Assembly: GCA_943373175.1 (NCBI GenBank)
Contig: CALSBM010000004.1
Location: forward strand, 276-64,275
Origin: Chitinophaga pinensis
GTDB taxonomy: Bacteria; Bacteroidota; Bacteroidia; UBA7662; JAIXUI01
DNA: 64,000 nucleotides
Reading direction: 5' to 3'
Below are positions 38,441-47,060 of the stretch, in pieces (positions within the stretch are counted from its first letter, which is position 1; each line of letters starts with the position of its first letter). The notes beneath the pieces were generated by a model. The model was not told where the DNA came from. It made no database searches and saw only the letters and a list, made by a program, of their open reading frames with translations. Both the position numbers and the translations under genes were made by a program.

Positions 38441-40762
38441 TTAGAATTGATACGTTACGCCTAAACTTGGGAGAATTGGCAATTGGTTAACCCTAGTATA
38501 ACGAATTCTGTCAAAATAAAAGATGTTTTCTCTGTTGTAGGTATTTGTAACACTAAAGCTGCATTCCAACTTTTGCTTACCAATTTCCAGTTTATACTTA
38601 ATTCCCATGTCTAAACGGTGAAAGTCAGGTAAACGTCCACCGTTCAACTGGCCATAAGCGATTCCTAACTGGCCATTCTGATTAAGAATATTGCCTCCCA
38701 AACCGTTCATGGTTATCTGTTCGAAGAATCCTTGGGTTTGAGTGAAAGGAAATCCTGAACCATAATTCCAGCGGGCTGAAAACTCCCAATTACGCTTTTT
38801 TCCGGCGGTATAAGTAGCAACAAGGTTTACATTATGACGGCGATCAAAATTTGGTGCATACTGTCGAATTCCATCATCTCTTGTAACGTAGGTTAACGAA
38901 TAGGTTGTCCATAAGTACCAGCGTTTGCGCTCGTATTTCACTCGGATATCAGCTCCATAAGCTTGGCCAACTTCAATGATGAAATCTTTTCGTTGGAATT
39001 CAGGCTTATCGGCGAACTGCGGCAAATCATCATAGATTTTATCACGATTCAGGTTGGTCATCTGAGTGAAATCTTTGATAAAAACTTCTGAGTTAACTTC
39101 AATATTCTCTGTTAAGTCGTATTCAAAACCACCAAGTAAGTGATTGGCTTTCTGCAATTTATCGTTAAGTTCCTGTCCTTTAAACGTGCGGGGAAGATTA
39201 TCAGGACCGGCAAGAAATCCGTAAAAGAGGTTTACAACGTCTCGATCAGAAGCTGCTGCAATGAGGTTTTGCGAATAAACCCCTCCAGCAGCTTTGAATC
39301 TAAGTCGTTCGCTGATGTTGTACTTAAGTCCGAATCTTGGCTCAAATGAACTATTGGCCAAAGTCGGATAATACTGAATCCTGAATCCAGGTTCTACCAC
39401 TAATCTTTTGCTTACATAGCGGTATTTTACATAACCTGCAATCTCGGTATTGTTGATTTTTTGCTCTAGAAAACGACCTACAGAATTGAAAAATGTAAAG
39501 TCGGTTGAAAACGACACCAACTCAACACCATAATTAAACTCATCGCGCCCGTTGAAGTGACTGAAGTTTAATCCGCCATTAAACCCCCCAATGCTCGATT
39601 TTCTTGGTCTTCCATCCGCTTCTTGTTGTGTAATGTCGTAAGAAGAATAACCGAAGTTTCCTCGTATAAGCGTTGAACTGCTTCCAGGTACTACAATAAA
39701 ACTGGTACCTGCTCCAACTGAATTCCAGCCTATATTGGCAATGTTCCTAAAATTGACGTTGTCCTTGAAGTTAAACCCAAAGAGGTTTAGCTTACTTCCG
39801 TTGTTGGTTTTGAAAGAAACTTTACCATAAAGATCGGTAAATGAGAATGGCAAACCTCCAGAATCGGCATAGCTATAAAGCACTTTGGAGGTTTGATCTA
39901 AGTAAGAAGACTTGGCAGAAAACAAAAACGTCGGGACAAAATCATCATCTTCCTTGTGTTTACCTAACGGGCCTTCGAGCAGAAGACGAGACATAAATGG
40001 ACTTGCGCCTATTTTTCCTGTAATCCTATTTTGGTTTCCATCCCGAGTACTCACATCCATAACGGCAGAAATCCGTCCTCCATATTCACTATTAAACCCA
40101 CCTGTATGCACATCTGCGGTTTTTATGATGTCGGTTTCGAAGACTGAAAACAACCCGATAGAATGGAAAGGGTTGTAGATAATCATTCCGTCTAACATCA
40201 CCTTATTCATCACTGGAGATCCTCCTCTGATGTAGAGCTGTCCGCCTTGATCACCGGTAAAAACTACCCCCGGAAGAACCTGTAGGTATTGAGCGATGTC
40301 AGGCTCTCCACCAACAGAGGGAAGCTGTGCTATTTCCTTAGAGGTAACAGTAGCGACTGCTACATTAACTTTCTCTCTGTTCTCTTCCTTTTTAGAAGTA
40401 ATTCTGACTTCATTCAAATTGAATTGCCTTTTCCTCAACATCAACTTTTGATTCAGCAGTTGGCCGGCTTTGAGGTTGATGTTTACTTGAATGGTATCAA
40501 AGCCAAGGTAAGAAGTAGAAAGAATGTAGCTTCCCGGTGGCACTTTAGTAATACTGAAGTAGCCGTCGCCATCGGTAACTGAACCAAAGCGAGTCCCTTT
40601 CAAGACCACCGTGGTGAACAAAATAGGCTCGCCAGTTTCTTTGTTGTAAACAAATCCTCGAACAGTACCGAAAGTTTCCTGTGCCTTAACTAAAGATACA
40701 GAACCGAGGAACAAACATAAAAAGAGAAGAAAAAAAGTTGTGATGCGGAGTTGTCGCTTCAT
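38441..40762 (-). CDS. TonB-dependent receptor with carboxypeptidase-regulatory-like N-terminal domain
   Basis: Signal peptide. TVRGFVYNKETGEPILFTTVVLKG...DGDGYF (CarbopepD-reg-like), a plug, and a barrel ending in F (VTYQF). Confidence 0.7.
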   Translation of the reverse strand: MKRQLRITTFFLLFLCLFLGSVSLVKAQETFGTVRGFVYNKETGEPILFTTVVLKGTRFGSVTDGDGYFSITKVPPGSYILSTSYLGFDTIQVNINLKAGQLLNQKLMLRKRQFNLNEVRITSKKEENREKVNVAVATVTSKEIAQLPSVGGEPDIAQYLQVLPGVVFTGDQGGQLYIRGGSPVMNKVMLDGMIIYNPFHSIGLFSVFETDIIKTADVHTGGFNSEYGGRISAVMDVSTRDGNQNRITGKIGASPFMSRLLLEGPLGKHKEDDDFVPTFLFSAKSSYLDQTSKVLYSYADSGGLPFSFTDLYGKVSFKTNNGSKLNLFGFNFKDNVNFRNIANIGWNSVGAGTSFIVVPGSSSTLIRGNFGYSSYDITQQEADGRPRKSSIGGFNGGLNFSHFNGRDEFNYGVELVSFSTDFTFFNSVGRFLEQKINNTEIAGYVKYRYVSKRLVVEPGFRIQYYPTLANSSFEPRFGLKYNISERLRFKAAGGVYSQNLIAAASDRDVVNLFYGFLAGPDNLPRTFKGQELNDKLQKANHLLGGFEYDLTENIEVNSEVFIKDFTQMTNLNRDKIYDDLPQFADKPEFQRKDFIIEVGQAYGADIRVKYERKRWYLWTTYSLTYVTRDDGIRQYAPNFDRRHNVNLVATYTAGKKRNWEFSARWNYGSGFPFTQTQGFFEQITMNGLGGNILNQNGQLGIAYGQLNGGRLPDFHRLDMGIKYKLEIGKQKLECSFSVTNTYNRENIFYFDRIRYTRVNQLPILPSLGVTYQF

Positions 40763-40864
40763 GGACGGCCAAAATAGACAAATCAGCTTAAAAATTGGCC
40801 TTTCGATAGGAAATTAACGCATTTCGAAACAAAGAAGTCTGGTAACCGTTAAAAACAAAAAGCC

Positions 40865-41143
40865 ATGGATAATACCCCAATAATCGCAAAAGAGGCCATC
40901 AAAGGCCTTAGTTTTCCAAAAGTTCCCATGAACGATGAAAGTACCCAAAAGCATTTAGCCGAATTAGCTGAACGTGCAATGGTTCTTGGCAATACGGAAC
41001 ACGGTAAAGTAAGCATTATCTTTCATTCAGAGTTGGGCAAGCATAGGGTAGAAACCACTATTTGGGCTGCTAATGAACACGACATTACGCTTAAAGGTGG
41101 AGTTATCATTCCTCTTAGTGCGATAGAGTCGATTATTCTCTAA
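40865..41143 (+). CDS. small hypothetical protein
   Basis: 92-aa ORF with no motif recognised. Its 3' end overlaps the convergent lipoprotein gene. Confidence 0.3.
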   Translation: MDNTPIIAKEAIKGLSFPKVPMNDESTQKHLAELAERAMVLGNTEHGKVSIIFHSELGKHRVETTIWAANEHDITLKGGVIIPLSAIESIIL

Positions 41144-41795
41144 GGGCTTTGTTCCAATACTGATAATGAATTCCTGGAGCCTTAATTTCCCAACGCTGCC
41201 TGAATCCTACCGTTTCTAACGATTCTAGAAAAGGTTTTGTTAGCATGTTCCCTTGGCAATATACTTCTCCGATTTGTGGTAAATTTTGGTAATTCACTAA
41301 CAGAATTCCTCCCCTTTCAGAGCAGTTTTGTGCGGCTAAAAGTGGAAAAGCGGGACTAAGCTCATCAGCTCTTCCCTGAATAATCAGCAAATCAAACTGA
41401 ACATTGGGGATTTTTCCTGCCTGCCAATTTAGAAAGGACATGTTTCCGGGAAAGTTTTCAGGCCAGGGTTGAGGAAAACGCAGCTCAGGATTAGGTAAAT
41501 CTCCAAGAGGCCAAACTAAACCTAAAACAGTTGTTTCCTTTCTTAACAATTTAGCTATCAAATGCCCGTGAAAGACTCCATAAGCTATTACTTTAAGTCC
41601 CTCGTGAGGATTTAGCTTTTTTACTACACTATCAATCAGGAGTGTTTTCTCAGAAACTGGTGAAACAAAAAGGGCTTGCTGCCGATCAAATGCTTTTAAA
41701 TCTGAAGTCTTCTTTGCCTGTTTTCTTACTTTACAACTACCGAAAACTGCACAAAGCAGCAACACAACAGCAATCAACCTTGAGGAAATAATCAT
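41133..41795 (-). CDS. hypothetical lipoprotein
   Basis: Lipobox LLLCAVFGSCK. Start moved to the internal Met because the divergent HDAC-family gene begins at 41816. Confidence 0.4.
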   Translation of the reverse strand: MIISSRLIAVVLLLCAVFGSCKVRKQAKKTSDLKAFDRQQALFVSPVSEKTLLIDSVVKKLNPHEGLKVIAYGVFHGHLIAKLLRKETTVLGLVWPLGDLPNPELRFPQPWPENFPGNMSFLNWQAGKIPNVQFDLLIIQGRADELSPAFPLLAAQNCSERGGILLVNYQNLPQIGEVYCQGNMLTKPFLESLETVGFRQRWEIKAPGIHYQYWNKALRE

Positions 41796-41815
41796 AGTGC
41801 AAAAGAAGTGAATAG

Positions 41816-42718
41816 ATGGTGTCGTTAGCATGGACTCCCGAATACGAGCTGGTATTGCCTGTAGGTCACCGGTTTCCGATGGAGAAATACGGGTTGATTC
41901 CTGAACAATTAATCTATGAAGGCACTATCCGGGATAATCAAGTTTATTACCCGGGATTAGTTAGCGATGAAATACTTCTTTTAACTCATTGCGCCGATTA
42001 TGTTAGGCGGTTTCAATCGGGAGAATTGACTGCCGCTGAAATAAGAAGATCCGGATTTCCCTGGTCTCAAGAGTTGGTAAAGAGAGAATATCTAATCACA
42101 AGCGGCACTATTGAAGCCATGAAAAGGGCTCAACAAGATCGAATTGCCTTTAATGGAGCTGGCGGTACCCATCATGCCTTTCGCGATGCAGGAGAAGGAT
42201 TCTGTTTGTTTAATGACTTTGCAGTTGCCGCTAATTACTGGCTAAGCCTTTATCCCAACCAGAGGATATTAATTGTGGATTTAGATGTTCATCAAGGAAA
42301 TGGAACAGCCTCAATTCTGAACCAGGAATCCCGTGTTTTTACGTTCAGTATGCATGGGAGGAACAACTTTCCACATAGAAAAGAGCATTCTTCCTTGGAT
42401 ATTGCGTTAGAAAATGGGATTGAAAACCATGATTATCTTACTCTGTTAGAGCGTAATCTGGACAGAGTAATGCACGATTTTCTTCCTGACCAGATGCTTT
42501 ATCTGGCAGGAGTTGATGTCTTGAAAACTGATCGACTTGGGAAATTAGGATTAAGCCGGGAGGGTTGTCGCGAACGCGATTCCATGGTATTTCAGTTTGC
42601 TCTAAAGGCACGAATTCCTGTCACCGTAAGCCTTGGCGGAGGCTATTCCACTAAGGTAATTGACATAGTTGAAGCACATTGTAACACCATTCGGGTAGCT
42701 TCTTCACTCTTTTTTTAA
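41816..42718 (+). CDS. histone deacetylase-family (arginase/deacetylase fold) protein
   Basis: N-terminal PVGHRFPMEKY, central FCLFNDFAVAA and ILIVDLDVHQGNGT metal-site motifs. 300 aa. Confidence 0.75.
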   Translation: MVSLAWTPEYELVLPVGHRFPMEKYGLIPEQLIYEGTIRDNQVYYPGLVSDEILLLTHCADYVRRFQSGELTAAEIRRSGFPWSQELVKREYLITSGTIEAMKRAQQDRIAFNGAGGTHHAFRDAGEGFCLFNDFAVAANYWLSLYPNQRILIVDLDVHQGNGTASILNQESRVFTFSMHGRNNFPHRKEHSSLDIALENGIENHDYLTLLERNLDRVMHDFLPDQMLYLAGVDVLKTDRLGKLGLSREGCRERDSMVFQFALKARIPVTVSLGGGYSTKVIDIVEAHCNTIRVASSLFF

Positions 42719-42739
42719 CCATCTTTTTATCTTAGCCTC

Positions 42740-43423
42740 ATGAAAAAACAACTTTCCTTGCTGCTGCTCCTCGCTGCAAGTTTCTTTTTCTCTTCTCTTA
42801 GCTACGCAGGTTCTCCTTTTGAAGGGAGCATCAAGTTCAGCATGCAACTCAATGGGGCAAATTCTGCTGAAATGGCAGCCGTACTTCCCAGAGAAATGAA
42901 ATTGACCATTAAAGGAAATAGACTCAGAACTGAGTTAACTGGTGGACTAATCGAGAGTATAATGGGAGTGATTGTTTCAAACCCGGAAAAAGGACTGAAC
43001 TGCATTTTAAACAGTAACGTAAAAATGGCTTATACCCTCGAAGTTGAATCGGAAAGCCAAGATGCACCGGTAAAAGCGGAACCAACTGGAAAAAAGGAAA
43101 GGATTGCAGGATATTCCTGCGAAGAATACCTTATAGTTTTGGCCAATGGAGAAAAAAGTACCGTTTGGATTACGAAAGAAATTCAGCTTCCCAAGGTTAG
43201 CGAGGTTAAGCAAGCTCCTCTAACTAGTTTTTTGAATAATATTCCAGGTGGAAACTGGATGCCCATGAGAATTACACAGAAAATTGGGGATAGCGAATTG
43301 ACATTAGAAGTCACGAATGTGAAAAAGGAAAAAGTCTCCGATAGCCTTTTCGAAATACCTGAAGGGTATCAGACTGCTCCATTTAACCCGTCAGTGTTTG
43401 GAGGAGATCAAGGAGATGAGTAA
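42740..43423 (+). CDS. DUF4412-like secreted protein
   Basis: 227 aa with a signal peptide. Composition matches DUF4412 proteins of Bacteroidota. Assignment from memory. Confidence 0.35.
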   Translation: MKKQLSLLLLLAASFFFSSLSYAGSPFEGSIKFSMQLNGANSAEMAAVLPREMKLTIKGNRLRTELTGGLIESIMGVIVSNPEKGLNCILNSNVKMAYTLEVESESQDAPVKAEPTGKKERIAGYSCEEYLIVLANGEKSTVWITKEIQLPKVSEVKQAPLTSFLNNIPGGNWMPMRITQKIGDSELTLEVTNVKKEKVSDSLFEIPEGYQTAPFNPSVFGGDQGDE

Positions 43424-44000
43424 TCACACCTCATTAGACGAAGCGCATAATCCTTGGACTAAGCTCAACTCTACCATAGCGTACGAAAATCCCTGGATTT
43501 CGGTTTTTCATGAAGAAGTTTTAAATCCTAATGGCAATCCTGGAATTTATGGGAAGGTTCATTTTAAGAATTTGGCCATCGGAATAGTACCCTTAGATGA
43601 TGAAGGAATGACATGGCTTGTCGGTCAATACCGCTATCCATTGTCTCAATATTCTTGGGAAATCATAGAAGGAGGAGGAAAAATTGGAATTGACCCTGAA
43701 GAATCTGCAAGAAGAGAGCTCAAAGAGGAATGTGGATTAGTTGCCGGTAATCTTGTAGAAATAGCAAGATCTCACCTTTCCAATTCAGTAAGCGATGAGC
43801 TTGCAATTCTATTTCTTGCAACAGAATTAAAGGAAGAAGCTGCTGAACCCGACGATACTGAAATGCTTGCGATAAAAAAATTACCTTTAAAAGAGGCCTT
43901 TAACTGGGTTTCGGAAGGCAAAATCACAGACTCGATGAGTGTTATTGCCTTGCAACAACTAAAAATTCAGTGGTTAGAAGGAAAACTTATTCTGCCTTAA
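43416..44000 (+). CDS. NUDIX hydrolase
   Basis: Nudix box GGKIGIDPEESARRELKEECGL. About 194 aa. Confidence 0.7.
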   Translation: MSNHTSLDEAHNPWTKLNSTIAYENPWISVFHEEVLNPNGNPGIYGKVHFKNLAIGIVPLDDEGMTWLVGQYRYPLSQYSWEIIEGGGKIGIDPEESARRELKEECGLVAGNLVEIARSHLSNSVSDELAILFLATELKEEAAEPDDTEMLAIKKLPLKEAFNWVSEGKITDSMSVIALQQLKIQWLEGKLILP

Positions 44001-44439
44001 GGAAGCTTTTCAATTTCATTCCAACTATACGGTCGATAGGAAAAGTGAATGGCCCATCAGTTGTAAAATTTTCAGGATTTATCCAATGAAAAAGAATGGT
44101 TTCATTCTCCGGAAAATGGTTATCCCAAAGAGTAAAGGAATTAGAAGGGTTATTCAGAAATTCAATCAAATAATAAAGGCTAATGATCTGATCCTGTGGG
44201 CTAAAAGCCGATTGTTGGAAAAAGTCGGTAGTATAAAAATGTTCTAACACCTTAATTTCTACACCTAATTCCTCTAAAAACTCTCTTTTAAGTGTTTCCT
44301 GAGCACCTTCTCCCCATTCCATTCCACCACCAGGAAATTTAAGCATTGGTACATTATTCCAACGTTCGGAAGTAACAAGTACTTGATTCAGATCATTAAT
44401 GCAAATACCATAAACCCTTAAAACAAATCGATTAGCCAC
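43987..44439 (-). CDS. NUDIX hydrolase
   Basis: Nudix box GGGMEWGEGAQETLKREFLEELGV. 150 aa. Convergent with and overlapping the other NUDIX gene. Confidence 0.7.
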   Translation of the reverse strand: MANRFVLRVYGICINDLNQVLVTSERWNNVPMLKFPGGGMEWGEGAQETLKREFLEELGVEIKVLEHFYTTDFFQQSAFSPQDQIISLYYLIEFLNNPSNSFTLWDNHFPENETILFHWINPENFTTDGPFTFPIDRIVGMKLKSFLKAE

Positions 44440-44484
44440 AAAAAAGGGGGCAAAATGCCCCCAAGGATTTTGATAGCCTTATGA

Positions 44485-44664
44485 TTAGGCTTCTTTGTTC
44501 TTACGATCTTGTATTTCTAGGCGCATCTCCTGGCACAAGTTCTTAAGATCCTGAAGACCTTTGCGAACGCGGGTACCGGCAGCACTGTTGCCTTTGTCGT
44601 AGAACTTAATGAAGTCTGCCTCCATGGCCATGACCATCTCTTTCAGGGAGTTGAATTCGTTCAT
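44485..44664 (-). CDS. small histone H1-like / HU-unrelated basic DNA-binding protein (59 aa; absent from ORF track because <60 aa)
   Basis: Manual minus-strand translation gives MNEFNSLKEMVMAMEADFIKFYDKGNSAAGTRVRKGLQDLKNLCQEMRLEIQDRKNKEA. The KGN.AAGTRVRK core is characteristic of the short Bacteroidota histone H1-like proteins. Confidence 0.55.
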   Translation of the reverse strand: MNEFNSLKEMVMAMEADFIKFYDKGNSAAGTRVRKGLQDLKNLCQEMRLEIQDRKNKEA

Positions 44665-44743
44665 AAATCGCTCGTTTGTTTGTTTATATCAAATTAAAGT
44701 CAAAATAAAGTTACAACCAACTGTATTATTGATTTTTTCGAAT

Positions 44744-45994
44744 TTAAATGAAGCTAGCAATGGATTCTGCTTCATAAGCACCGCTTTCTAACTTCTTTTT
44801 CACCTCATTGAAGGCAAACAGGGTTTCATCCACGTCTTCAAGGGTATGAGCTGCAGTAGGAATAAGACGGAGCATGATTTGCCCTTTTGGAATTACAGGG
44901 TAAACTACAACTGAACAGAAAATGTTAAATGTCTCTCTTAAATCGAGAACTAATCCTGTAGCCTCACCCAATGATCCATTTAGAAAAACAGGAGTTACTG
45001 GCGACTGAGTATTTCCTATATTAAAACCATGAGCTTTTAATCCATTCTGTAAACGATTAACAACGGCCCAAAGTTGATTTTTCAATTCAGGACGGGTTCT
45101 TAGTAGCTCCAATCGTTTTAAAGCACCGATTGTAATAGGCATCGGGAGCGATTTAGCAAAGATTTGAGAACGCATGTTGTACTTCAGAAAGGAAATAATC
45201 TCAGATGAGGAAGCGAAAAATGCTCCTATGCTGGCCATGGATTTGGCGAAAGTGCTGAAATAAACGTCAACCCCGTCGGTACATTCTTGTGCTTCGGCAG
45301 TTCCTGCACCGGTTGCTCCCATAGTTCCGAAACCGTGCGCATCGTCCACCAACAATCGGAAGTTGTAATGCTCTTTCAAGGCTACAATTTCCTTCAGTTT
45401 TCCTTGTACTCCTGACATTCCAAATACCCCTTCAGTGATCACTAAAATACCTCCACGGTGCTCATTCTCTTCTATTAACCTTGTAGCACGCTTCAACTGC
45501 TTCTCCAAACTCTCCATATCGTTGTGGAGGTACATGATGCGCTTTCCTTGGTGTAACCTCACGCCATCGACAATGCACGCATGCGATTCCGCGTCATATA
45601 CGATGATATCGTGGCGATCAACCAACGCATCAATGGCTGAGAGAATGCCTTGGTATCCGAAATTCACCAACAACCCGGCTGGCTTACCGATAAATTCGGC
45701 AAGTTCGTTTTCGAGTTGCTCGTGATAATTAGAATTACCGGACATCATCCGGGCTCCCATGGGATACGCCATTCCGAATTGGGCAGTTACTTCCGTATCG
45801 GCTTGACGTATTTCAGGATGATTAGCTAATCCGAGGTAGTTGTTCAAAGACCAGACTAATCGTTTTTTGCCATTAAACATCATCCTCGGGCCAATTTCTC
45901 CTTCCAATTTGGGGAACATATAATAGCCTTCGGCTTCTTTGGCATGTTGTCCGAGAGGGCCCGGACGCTTTAAGAGCTTGTCAAATAAATCCAC
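44744..45994 (-). CDS. PLP-dependent alpha-oxoamine synthase family enzyme (serine palmitoyltransferase / KBL / BioF-like)
   Basis: 416 aa. Class-II aminotransferase fold, with the Schiff-base Lys region FSTFAKSMAS and Gly-rich GFGTMGATGAG. Confidence 0.65.
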   Translation of the reverse strand: MDLFDKLLKRPGPLGQHAKEAEGYYMFPKLEGEIGPRMMFNGKKRLVWSLNNYLGLANHPEIRQADTEVTAQFGMAYPMGARMMSGNSNYHEQLENELAEFIGKPAGLLVNFGYQGILSAIDALVDRHDIIVYDAESHACIVDGVRLHQGKRIMYLHNDMESLEKQLKRATRLIEENEHRGGILVITEGVFGMSGVQGKLKEIVALKEHYNFRLLVDDAHGFGTMGATGAGTAEAQECTDGVDVYFSTFAKSMASIGAFFASSSEIISFLKYNMRSQIFAKSLPMPITIGALKRLELLRTRPELKNQLWAVVNRLQNGLKAHGFNIGNTQSPVTPVFLNGSLGEATGLVLDLRETFNIFCSVVVYPVIPKGQIMLRLIPTAAHTLEDVDETLFAFNEVKKKLESGAYEAESIASFI

Positions 45995-46064
45995 GCTTTA
46001 ACATTTAACGCGCGAAGATACCCCAATTTTTACGCATTTAACATGCACTTTTTGTTCAGGAATA

Positions 46065-46095
46065 GAGCCGGAACTCTATAACAAGATTCCGGCTC
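46065..46095. other. perfect 9-bp inverted repeat GAGCCGGAA-N13-TTCCGGCTC inside a 350-bp AT-rich intergenic region
   Basis: Read directly from the sequence. No U-tract follows on either strand, so it is not a canonical intrinsic terminator. It may be a protein-binding palindrome. Confidence 0.4.
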
Positions 46096-46343
46096 ATGTA
46101 GGCTCTTTGCTATTTCATTAGCCTATACAGACCAGTAATAACAGCTACAGCTAGAAAACTGTAGAAACAAGCCTTCAATATCATCTTCAACAACCACTGT
46201 CCCATTCTTTTAGATTTAAAGTATCAATGGTTAAAATTAATTAATATTTACAATTTCACAAATAAATGTTAATAATAATTATCATGTACCAAGTAGTTGT
46301 ATATCAATTATTTACGTTATATAAACTTCATTCCACAAAAATT

Positions 46344-47033
46344 CTATATCTGCCCCTTTCGCACAAAGTGATTTTTAGTGGCGTTGTATGGCTTGAAATC
46401 AGGGTAATGTAAACGAAAAACCCCTTTTCGAACCTTCAAAGCTTCTCCTACTAAGGCCTTTGAAAGAGTAGTTGTAGTTACTGAATGATAAGAAGATAAC
46501 GGACCTATGAGGAAGAAATCCAAAAAGGGGGCAACTATTTGAGCAAGCCGCTCTCCTACTCTACGCTCTTGTCGAGGTGTTATAAGTAAGCTAGGCTGGG
46601 CTATAATAAGTGTTTCGAAGGGCATATCTTCTAACGCTTTTTCAACTTCGCCTTTAACCTTGCTATAAAAGACCGTAGAATTGGCAGAGGCCCCAATGGC
46701 AGATACCAGTACAAAAGTTTTAACACCAGCTTCCAGTGCTTTTCGTGCAAAAAACAACACGTATTCCTGATCAACCCTTCTGAACGCTTCCTTTGTCTTT
46801 GCCGTTTTGATGGTTGTTCCCAAACAACAGAATGCGATTTCAGCTTTGGAGAGCGAAGGCCAGAATTCGGGTACCTCCCAATCAACCTCTACTTGTAAAA
46901 GCTTTTCCTCTTTGATTAATGGAATTACTTTTCGAACCAATGCCTGTAATTTTCCGGTTTCCTGATGATTTAACCAGGAATAAATGAGTTGACGGCCTAC
47001 AGCGCCGGTTGATCCTGCCAAAATTGCATTCAT
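46344..47033 (-). CDS. NAD(P)H-binding Rossmann-fold protein (atypical SDR/HTATIP2-like)
   Basis: N-terminal ILAGSTGAVG dinucleotide-binding motif. 229 aa. Confidence 0.55.
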   Translation of the reverse strand: MNAILAGSTGAVGRQLIYSWLNHQETGKLQALVRKVIPLIKEEKLLQVEVDWEVPEFWPSLSKAEIAFCCLGTTIKTAKTKEAFRRVDQEYVLFFARKALEAGVKTFVLVSAIGASANSTVFYSKVKGEVEKALEDMPFETLIIAQPSLLITPRQERRVGERLAQIVAPFLDFFLIGPLSSYHSVTTTTLSKALVGEALKVRKGVFRLHYPDFKPYNATKNHFVRKGQI

Positions 47034-47060
47034 CTGCTTAACTTGTGGGAAAGATCAGCA

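Noticed and set aside
46065-46095. Palindrome as a rho-independent terminator
   Set aside because: Neither strand has a U-tract after the stem, and it lies about 250 bp beyond the nearest upstream stop. Reported instead as a possible operator or repeat element.
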